DNA of 48,483 bases from an uncultured Ignavibacteriales bacterium (lineage in GTDB: Bacteria; Zixibacteria; MSB-5A5; GN15; JAAZOE01): NCBI GenBank assembly GCA_964585635.1, contig CAZPEV010000002.1, positions 7,409 through 55,891 of the forward strand, in the 5' to 3' direction. Of the stretch, positions 28,612 through 35,459 are shown piece after piece. The position numbers and the translations under genes were made by a program. Below the pieces are notes generated by a model. The model was not told where the DNA came from and made no database searches. It worked only from the letters and a program-made list of their open reading frames with translations. Each line of letters begins with the position of its first letter. Position 1 is the stretch's first letter.

Positions 28612-28627
28612 CTCCCGCGGGAGAGAT

Positions 28628-29128
28628 ATGTCCCGCGGGGAGTGTTTTACAGCTATGGCGCACTCTATGGGAGACAAGCAAGGCATGGATGCCGATCAGA
28701 TCATGGAGTTTCGGAACCTGGCTTTACTGGAATTGAAGCGGGCCGAACGTTACCGTAATTTTCTTTCCCTGCTGGTTCTTAATCTGTCCGAATTCCTGGC
28801 TACGGCCGGGAAGCGAAAGATCAATTCGCCGGATGCTGCCAGCGAGTTTGTGGAAAAGGCTGTCGCCCGGCTGAGGGCTTTTGCACGAGAGACCGATATG
28901 ATCTCCCGGCTGGGTGAGGCTCGATTAGTCATGCTGTTGCCCGAAACCGATCCGAGCGGGGCAAGAACGGCCGCCGGGCGGTTTCAGAAACTGATAGCCG
29001 ACTATCTGGCCGAGTTCCTGGAATCCGACTTCAGATTCGAGGTGTCGCTGGAGATAGCCTCGTTTCCCGATTCCAGCGGCGAGGCGTCGTTGAAATCACG
29101 CCTTAAAGGACTGTTCGCCAGCAATTGA
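28628..29128 (+). CDS. Degenerate GGDEF-like domain protein (GGDEF motif replaced by GEARL), probably non-catalytic
   Basis: LKRAERYRNFLSLLVLNL...ETDMISRLGEARLVMLLPETDPSGARTAAGRFQKLI follows the diguanylate-cyclase fold pattern but lacks GG(D/E)EF. The start is uncertain (28628, 28685 or 28700). Confidence 0.6.
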   Translation: MSRGECFTAMAHSMGDKQGMDADQIMEFRNLALLELKRAERYRNFLSLLVLNLSEFLATAGKRKINSPDAASEFVEKAVARLRAFARETDMISRLGEARLVMLLPETDPSGARTAAGRFQKLIADYLAEFLESDFRFEVSLEIASFPDSSGEASLKSRLKGLFASN

Positions 29129-29567
29129 TTCCGCGAGCGGTTTGAGCCGAATCCTCAAGATCAGCCATCAGTCAATGAGGGCGTATGCCCCGTAGTTTTC
29201 ATATATCGGCCAAGTCAGACGCCATTTCCCCGCAAAGATTAAGACACCAATGGTCATTATATTGGGGGATTCATGTCCAACCATTGGACAACACCGGCAA
29301 AGATAATTTTCAGGCTGCCAAGGTCTTAAGAAAGACGCCTTCTAACCGCCATTAGTGTCCAAAAGTTGAACATGGGAGATAGATTACTAATTTTGTCCGA
29401 CATATAAGTTGTTGTATTTCAATAGGTATTAAACAGTTGGCCATCGGTTCGTCAATTGCGGCCACCTACCTGCTACCGAAAAGAAACGATTTTTCATATG
29501 CAATATTGGGTGGTGACAGCGTTGGCCGGGTAACGTCCAACCGGGTAATGATTACGGATGATCATTT

Positions 29568-29792
29568 GTGGTAAGGTTTGACAAACGAGGGTCGGGCAAA
29601 TCTCCCGAGGGACAATTTACCGTTCGGCTGGTCAACTATCTGCCCGGCCTCAATAACTATATGCTGACTGATGGCGGAGCGCCGGAGGTGCGTACAACCT
29701 CACTACCGCCGCAAGTTCCCGAACCCGCTTCCATCATGCTTTTGGGCGTCGGAGTCTTGAGCACCGCCGGCCTGCGGCGTTTGCATCGATGA
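29568..29792 (+). CDS. Short ORF ending in a PEP-CTERM sorting motif; no signal peptide, so possibly a gene remnant
   Basis: C-terminus PPQVPEPASIMLLGVGVLSTAGLRRLHR* is PEP, a TM helix and an Arg-rich tail. The frame is closed by TGA at 29559, and upstream sequence has stops in all frames. Confidence 0.45.
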   Translation: MVRFDKRGSGKSPEGQFTVRLVNYLPGLNNYMLTDGGAPEVRTTSLPPQVPEPASIMLLGVGVLSTAGLRRLHR

Positions 29793-29906
29793 CCATTCTG
29801 GCCGTCAAGGCCCGCCGATCGGTCGTCGCCGGTGATCCATCGGCTGTTGTCGCCGGCGCAAATCATATCGGTCCTGGCGCTGATTAGTTTCACCGACAGG
29901 TAGGCG

Positions 29907-29935
29907 TTGACAGAATGGCCTTATCTGATTATCAT
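29907..29935 (+). promoter_or_regulatory. Near-consensus sigma70 promoter driving the large secreted protein gene
   Basis: TTGACA (29907-12), 17-nt spacer, TATCAT (29930-35). The predicted leader to ATG 30141 is about 200 nt. Confidence 0.5.
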
Positions 29936-30140
29936 ATGATAGACTTGCCGTAATAACCGGACTTCACGGGCCAACGACATAGTGCACAGGGGCGATTTCT
30001 TTTCGCCGACGGTCGGAATCCGGTAAGGCCAGTGATATCGATCCGCTGTTCGCCGCAGGTGGTCTTTCCTGCTCGCGGGGAGCATGTCATCACGGGCAAT
30101 GAGGAAAATCGATTTCTCGGAAAATCAAAGGGAGGGTGTT

Positions 30141-33100
30141 ATGTCGGGAAGCAAGAGGAATCGGCGCGCGTGTAGCCGACTGGCAGTTGGAGCGGTGCTG
30201 TCGGTGGTGATGCTGACCGCCGTCCCAGGTCGTCTCGCCGCGCAGAGTCGGCCGAACCAATCGGATCCGGTGGCTGTTTCAACCGTCAAGGTTTGGCAGG
30301 ACAATCCGTATGGTATCAAGGTGACGCGGTGGCCGATAGAATCGGATATCCGGCCGACCACCTATGCGGAATGGATGGCCCGGCAGGTGACCTCGCCGGG
30401 GCCGCTTAGGACCCGGCTGGTCGAGCGGCGTCCATCCGATAATCCGGCCAAGAGCACAAGCACCGTCTGCGTAATCGTCAATGCCGGTCTCTATGACGGC
30501 ATCGCCGAAGCGCTGGGCCAATATCTCACCGATCTGGCCAGAGAGGGATTCACCGTGGAACTGCATACCAGTTCCGGGGGGACGCCGCCGGAGTTGCGCC
30601 AATTCCTTCTCTCCCGATATACCGAGGGCATCAAGGGCGCGGTTCTGATCGGTGATCTGCCGATTGCCTGGTATGAAGAGACCTGCTGGGATCCGCCGGA
30701 AGATGAGCAATTCCCCTGCGATTTCTATTACATGGACCTTGACGGCACGTGGCAGGACACCGACGGTGACGGCCTCTACGATCAGCATTACGGCAACGTC
30801 GCCCCCGAAATCTGGATCGGGCGTCTGACGGCGTCACCCTTGACCATGACCGGTAAGACCGAAACGGAGTTGCTGCGTAATTACTTCCGCAAGAACCACC
30901 TCTACCGGACGGGCAGCCTTCCGGTGGCCGACCGGGCTCTGGTTTATGTCGATGACGACTGGTCCGGTAGTGCCGAGTGGTGGAGCAACGAGGTCGGCCT
31001 GACGTACAGCAACCGCACCACCGTCTCCGATCCATACGTAACGGTGGCCGAAGATTACGAGAGGCGGATACAGGAGAATTATGAACTCATCGAAATCTGC
31101 GCTCATTCCGATCCGCTGACCCATTACTTTAAGATTCCGCCCGACATATGGTATAATACCATCGGGGTGGGGCGGATAGTCGAAGTCAATCCTCCGGCGG
31201 CCTTTTACAATTTATATGCCTGCTCCAATGCCCGTTATGTGGAAACAAACTATATGGGGGGCTGGTATGTTTTTTGTCCCTCATACGGCATTGCGGCCAT
31301 TGGCAGCAGCAAGACCGGGTCGATGCTCAATTTCAGTTATTTCTACGACCCCTTGGGCTCGGGCCGGACGTTCGGCGAGGCCTTCTTTGATTGGTTCGGA
31401 TCGGTGACCGACGGCGGCGTCGATGATTGGGAAGCCTGCTGGTTCTATGGAATGACACTGTGTGGTGATCCGACGGCGGTGCCGCATGTGTCGTCATGCC
31501 CCAGCATTGTCGAGCGGACGGTCTCGGATGCTGCCCATGGCGACGGCGACGGTCTCCCCGAACCCGGCGAGGGAATCGAATTCCGCGTGACCGTCACCAA
31601 CCTCGGCACCCGTCCGGCGCGGGGTGCTGCGGTCAGGTTGTCGACGGATGATGCCTCGTTGCTGGTCACTCAGGGGGACATCAATTTGGGCAACATATCT
31701 CCAGGCGGGTCGGTTACTAACAGCGGCGACCCCCTGATGTTTGAAATCCCGGCCGAGTACCTTTCCCGGATCGATTCCATCTATCTTGTCCTGACCTGGA
31801 ATGAAGGGACGGGAATCGACACGGTTGCCTTTGAAATGACGGTCGGTCGGCCGTCCATTTTGATCGTTGATGACGACGCCGGCGCCAATCTGGAACGATT
31901 TTACCGCAGTCATTTGGACTCTTTGCGTCTGCCATATCAAATGTGGACCTGTCCGCCGGCGCCCGTCGCCGTTGATCTCGCCGCTTATGACCTGGTCATC
32001 TGGTACACCGGCAATTATAGGCCCGGGCCGCTTGATCCCGGCAAAGTCGACGCCATGAAGACCTATCTGGATGGGGGCGGCCGACTTTTCCTTACCGGCC
32101 AGGCGATAGCCGCGCAGTTGGCCGGTCTCGATCCCGCATTTTTGGGCACGTATCTTAAATCGCAGTACCTTTCGACTACCATGATCCCGATTCTGGCGGC
32201 TGTCCCCGGAGCGACGCTGTTTGTGCCGGCCGATTCGGCTGTAATCACCGGATATGGCGGGGCCGGCAACCAGACCAAAGAAGATCAGATCGCCGCGATC
32301 AACGGCGGCGTTCCGGAATTGCAATACTATGGCAATCCCGGCCTGGGATGCGTAACTTGGCAGGGCGACTACCGGATGATCTTTATGTCATTCGGGTTTG
32401 AGGCGATGACCAACTATGACCCTCGCTGGGTTTACCGCGATACCGTGTATGACCGAATCCTTGACTGGTTCGATTGCCCGCGGCCGGCGATGCCCATAAT
32501 GGTGTCGGTCACGCCCGGTGATCCGATGAATCTGGCCGACCACAACCCGGTCATACGCTGGACTTATCCAGGCGGCCAGCCGCTTCCCCAGCAGATGTAT
32601 CAGATCGAAGTGGGCAGCGACAACGACTGGTCGGTAGCCGAGATGTGGGATGTGGAACCGGTGTACGGACCCGATACGGCAATCGCATATGCCGGCTTGC
32701 CATTGGCGGACGGTCAGACATACTGTTTCCGGGTCCAAACCCAGGACGGCGCCCGCTGGTCAAACTGGCACTATGGGCATTTTCGGATGAACACGCCGCC
32801 GGGCCAACCGACGAATCTGAAGCCGAACAGCTTTCAGACGATCCCCAGCGACGCCCTTAACCTGACGCATAGCCTTGTGCATGATCCCGATGATGATATG
32901 GTCGCCTATGACTATGAAGTGTTTGACGACCCGCAGATGACGCAGCTGGCGGCGCAGGGATCGGATGTTGCGGCCGGGACCGACACAGTTGTCCTCTGGC
33001 GGGTGCCGGCTTCGTTGACGGCGGGGGAGGACTATTACTGGCGGGTTCGCGCCAATGACGGCCACGAGCCGGGGACGTGGACCAGTCCGGCATCATTTCG

Positions 33101-33314
33101 GGTAAGCGGCGGCAGCATCTGCGGCGATGCCAACGACGATGGCGCGGTCAATGTCGGCGACGCCGTGTTTATCGTCAATTATATCTTCAAAGGCGGCCCG
33201 CCGCCCCAGCATAACCCGGCCGCCGACGCCAACTGCGACGGCACGGTAAACATCGGCGACGCGGTTCACCTCATAAACTTCATTTTTAAGGGAGGACCGG
33301 CGCCCTGCTGCTAA
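30141..33314 (+). CDS. Large secreted mosaic protein: signal peptide, C25 (gingipain)-like caspase-fold domain, Ig/CARDB-like domain, flavodoxin-like 'DDD' domain, two Fn3-like modules, and a C-terminal dockerin-type double repeat
   Basis: ATG 30141 follows AAAGGGAGGG. Signal peptide LAVGAVLSVVMLTAVPGRLAAQ. C25-like layout VCVIVNAGLYDGIAEAL...GFTVELH...IKGAVLIGDLPIAWYE, with candidate His (EICAHSDP) and Cys (FYNLYACSNA). C-terminus GDANDDGAVNVGDAVFIVNYIF...ADANCDGTVNIGDAVHLINFIF. Confidence 0.75.
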   Translation: MSGSKRNRRACSRLAVGAVLSVVMLTAVPGRLAAQSRPNQSDPVAVSTVKVWQDNPYGIKVTRWPIESDIRPTTYAEWMARQVTSPGPLRTRLVERRPSDNPAKSTSTVCVIVNAGLYDGIAEALGQYLTDLAREGFTVELHTSSGGTPPELRQFLLSRYTEGIKGAVLIGDLPIAWYEETCWDPPEDEQFPCDFYYMDLDGTWQDTDGDGLYDQHYGNVAPEIWIGRLTASPLTMTGKTETELLRNYFRKNHLYRTGSLPVADRALVYVDDDWSGSAEWWSNEVGLTYSNRTTVSDPYVTVAEDYERRIQENYELIEICAHSDPLTHYFKIPPDIWYNTIGVGRIVEVNPPAAFYNLYACSNARYVETNYMGGWYVFCPSYGIAAIGSSKTGSMLNFSYFYDPLGSGRTFGEAFFDWFGSVTDGGVDDWEACWFYGMTLCGDPTAVPHVSSCPSIVERTVSDAAHGDGDGLPEPGEGIEFRVTVTNLGTRPARGAAVRLSTDDASLLVTQGDINLGNISPGGSVTNSGDPLMFEIPAEYLSRIDSIYLVLTWNEGTGIDTVAFEMTVGRPSILIVDDDAGANLERFYRSHLDSLRLPYQMWTCPPAPVAVDLAAYDLVIWYTGNYRPGPLDPGKVDAMKTYLDGGGRLFLTGQAIAAQLAGLDPAFLGTYLKSQYLSTTMIPILAAVPGATLFVPADSAVITGYGGAGNQTKEDQIAAINGGVPELQYYGNPGLGCVTWQGDYRMIFMSFGFEAMTNYDPRWVYRDTVYDRILDWFDCPRPAMPIMVSVTPGDPMNLADHNPVIRWTYPGGQPLPQQMYQIEVGSDNDWSVAEMWDVEPVYGPDTAIAYAGLPLADGQTYCFRVQTQDGARWSNWHYGHFRMNTPPGQPTNLKPNSFQTIPSDALNLTHSLVHDPDDDMVAYDYEVFDDPQMTQLAAQGSDVAAGTDTVVLWRVPASLTAGEDYYWRVRANDGHEPGTWTSPASFRVSGGSICGDANDDGAVNVGDAVFIVNYIFKGGPPPQHNPAADANCDGTVNIGDAVHLINFIFKGGPAPCC

Positions 33315-33320
33315 GGGGAG

Positions 33321-33463
33321 TGTTGAAAAAGCCCCCACCGTCTTTGCGAGGAGCCCCGCCACAAGCGGGACGACGCGGCAATCTCGATTTTCATGGGGGA
33401 ACCGAGATCGCCACGACCCGCCACGGGCGGGTCTCGCGATGACGAATTTTAGGTTTTTCAACA
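33321..33463. repeat. 143-bp nested palindromic (cloverleaf-like) element between convergent genes; candidate bidirectional terminator or REP/MITE-like element
   Basis: Outer inverted repeat TGTTGAAAAA (33321-30) / TTTTTCAACA (33454-63). Inner stems are GCGAG (33346-50)/CTCGC (33433-37) and ATCTCG (33381-86)/CGAGAT (33403-08). Two local hairpins lie at 33355-69 and 33417-31. Confidence 0.6.
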
Positions 33464-33539
33464 GGCCCTAAGCCGGGGGGGATGGTTGCGCCAGAAAGAT
33501 ATCGGCTGAAATCGGGCCTGGCATGATTCCAGGCTCGAT

Positions 33540-34640
33540 TCAGATAAGACGGCCGCCCATAAAGATTGGGTAAAATCGGAAGAGCGCCAGCGCCAACCCC
33601 AAGGCGATATAGGCGATCTTAATCCATAGCGGCCGCTGCGATACCCCCATCATCATGGCCACCGGAAAGAGAATGATATAATGCCGATAGACCGAGGTGA
33701 TCGATCCCGTGGCGGGGGAAAAGAAAAATAGCACCGCCGCAAAAGCCACCAACTCCGGTTTCAGGCGGTATGGTGCGAAAAGCAGGAATGCCAGGCCATA
33801 AAACAGCACCGACGCATTCTCGACATACAGCGCCGGAAATTGCAGAAGCGAGTCCCAGATTACCGTCAACGGAAAGGCCCAGCTCCGGGCGTATTTTTCC
33901 TGAAAATGCACGATCAGCAGCAGATCATCAAACTTGACATAGAAGTAGAGCGATAGCATCAGCGGCCCCAGGACAAAGGGGGCCAGATGGTAGAGCAGTT
34001 CCTTGGTGATCTTCGCCGGCGTCGCCGTGGACGTTCGCCCACGGTACTGATCAAAAACCATGACGGTCGGAATAAGAGCGGCCAGAAAGGCCGACGGGTA
34101 CGATAATGACAGGCAGAAGGCCGTCAACGGCAGCAAGTACCGGCGGCCGGGCCGTAACGGCGTATAGAGCAGGTGCAGGTAGGCGGCGAATATGAACAGG
34201 ATGAAACTGTACGGAAATCCGGTCAGATAATAGAAGGCGTTGGGTGTGGCGGCCAACGCGATGGTCCCGACCAGCGCCGCCTTGCCATCTGCCAGTCGAA
34301 CCATGAGCGAAAAGAAGAGCATAAAACCCAAGAGGCCGAACACATAGGGCAGGATTTTAAGTCCCAGGGCAACCTGGCCGGCCGAAAGGATTTTCAGGGC
34401 CACCGGCCAGGCCGGAAACCAGCCGACATTGCCGCAGATTTTGCCCAGCGGGTAATGGATCGCCGGATCACAGGGATAGACCTCATATCCGCGCAGGGCG
34501 ATGGTGCGGTAGTGATCGATATCCCAGACCGGCTTGAAAAGCAGATCGCTGCCGCCGACAATGGTGATGGTCAGATAGAGGGCCGCCATGGCGGCAAAGA
34601 TGCCGATCGGCGTCAGAGTTTGCCTGGTGGTCATAGTCAT
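33540..34640 (-). CDS. Polytopic GT-C-fold membrane protein, PIG-V/mannosyltransferase-like (weak assignment)
   Basis: About 10 TM helices. The N-terminal loop WDIDHYRTIALRGYEVYP...GNVGWFPAWPVAL resembles the WD..Y..IA..GY....FFPlyP signature of PIG-V-type and related GT-C enzymes. Confidence 0.6.
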   Translation of the reverse strand: MTMTTRQTLTPIGIFAAMAALYLTITIVGGSDLLFKPVWDIDHYRTIALRGYEVYPCDPAIHYPLGKICGNVGWFPAWPVALKILSAGQVALGLKILPYVFGLLGFMLFFSLMVRLADGKAALVGTIALAATPNAFYYLTGFPYSFILFIFAAYLHLLYTPLRPGRRYLLPLTAFCLSLSYPSAFLAALIPTVMVFDQYRGRTSTATPAKITKELLYHLAPFVLGPLMLSLYFYVKFDDLLLIVHFQEKYARSWAFPLTVIWDSLLQFPALYVENASVLFYGLAFLLFAPYRLKPELVAFAAVLFFFSPATGSITSVYRHYIILFPVAMMMGVSQRPLWIKIAYIALGLALALFRFYPIFMGGRLI

Positions 34641-34681
34641 AATCTACCTGAACCGCCGATGGGCACAATCAAAAACCGCGC

Positions 34682-35326
34682 TTACTTTCCATAGGTCAGA
34701 ATCAGTTCCGCGGAACATATCCCAATCGCAATGATCGCTGCCGCCGTCCGCAGGAGGCGCCACAGGAGACGGTCGGCGAAAACCGGCGCCGGACGGCCTT
34801 TCATGACGATGATGAATGTCCGGCCGTATGAGAGAAACGACAGCGGAATCAATATCAGGCTGACGACGGTGAGAAGGGAAATCCCGAAGTGAAGCTCGGC
34901 GACATAGCAGACCAGCAGGGTGGCAATGGAGGCGAAGCAGTATTTCCCGGTCAGATTGGAATGAATGGTGGTCTTACATTTCCGTCGAATCAGTCCTCCG
35001 CCGATGAGGATCAGAGCGTCGCGGCCGATGATCAGCGCCGCCATCCAGATCGGAAAGGCGCGATTGAGAATCAGAAGAATCACCAGACCCGAGGCCATGA
35101 TTTTGTCGGCCAGCGGATCGAGAATAAGCCCCAGTTCGGTTTCTTGCCTCAATCTCCGCGCCAGCAGACCATCCAGGTAATCCGATACGCCGGCCAGCGT
35201 CAGGCAGACCAGCGCCAAGAGGCGATGCTCCGGGCCGGGCAGAGCCAGGAAATGAGCCGTTGGCCAAAGCAACAGCACGCGCCCCAGCGAGACCAGATTG
35301 GGAGTTTTCAGAATGTCGGGCGGCAT
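34682..35326 (-). CDS. CDP-alcohol phosphatidyltransferase (PgsA / PI-synthase-type)
   Basis: Complete motif D-x2-DG-x2-AR-x8-G-x3-D-x3-D in SDYLDGLLARRLRQETELGLILDPLADK. Start ATG 35326 was chosen because the 35623 extension overlaps the pilX-like gene and a promoter fits this start. Confidence 0.85.
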   Translation of the reverse strand: MPPDILKTPNLVSLGRVLLLWPTAHFLALPGPEHRLLALVCLTLAGVSDYLDGLLARRLRQETELGLILDPLADKIMASGLVILLILNRAFPIWMAALIIGRDALILIGGGLIRRKCKTTIHSNLTGKYCFASIATLLVCYVAELHFGISLLTVVSLILIPLSFLSYGRTFIIVMKGRPAPVFADRLLWRLLRTAAAIIAIGICSAELILTYGK

Positions 35327-35332
35327 GGGGAG

Positions 35333-35361
35333 AAGATAGGCGCCGCGCCCTATTTGATCAA
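35333..35361 (-). promoter_or_regulatory. Sigma70-type promoter with leaderless geometry for the CDP-alcohol phosphatidyltransferase gene
   Basis: Minus strand reads TTGATC (35361-56), a 17-nt spacer, TATCTT (35338-33), then 6 nt to ATG 35326. Confidence 0.4.
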
Positions 35362-35395
35362 GGAAACTCTTGTATCGTCCGGAAGGGGTGGGGGA

Positions 35396-35427
35396 CAAAA
35401 AGCAAAAGGCGGGAGAGGACTCCCGCC
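35396..35427 (-). terminator. Rho-independent terminator ending the minor-pilin operon
   Basis: On the minus strand, an 8-bp stem GGCGGGAG/CTCCCGCC (35427-20 / 35415-08) with a 4-nt loop is followed by TTTTGCTTTTT. It lies 33 nt after the pilX-like stop. Confidence 0.7.
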
Positions 35428-35459
35428 TTTCGCCCGCAAGGGAGGAAGAAGATGGATGC

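Noticed and set aside
26920-29792. Interpreting the NtrC-type regulator and kinases as the PEP-CTERM-associated PrsK/PrsR system because of the nearby PEP-CTERM tail.
   Set aside because: PrsK is a polytopic membrane kinase, whereas both kinases here are soluble GAF proteins. No exosortase is in the window, so the link is only suggestive.
29981-30040. GCACAGGGGCGA... in the leader of the large secreted-protein gene, which recalled the GCACAGGGCAAACC core of c-di-GMP-I (GEMM-I) riboswitches.
   Set aside because: Only about 8 nt match. The tetraloop/receptor and ACGCAAAGC elements are absent. A covariance-model scan would be needed, so I make no riboswitch call.
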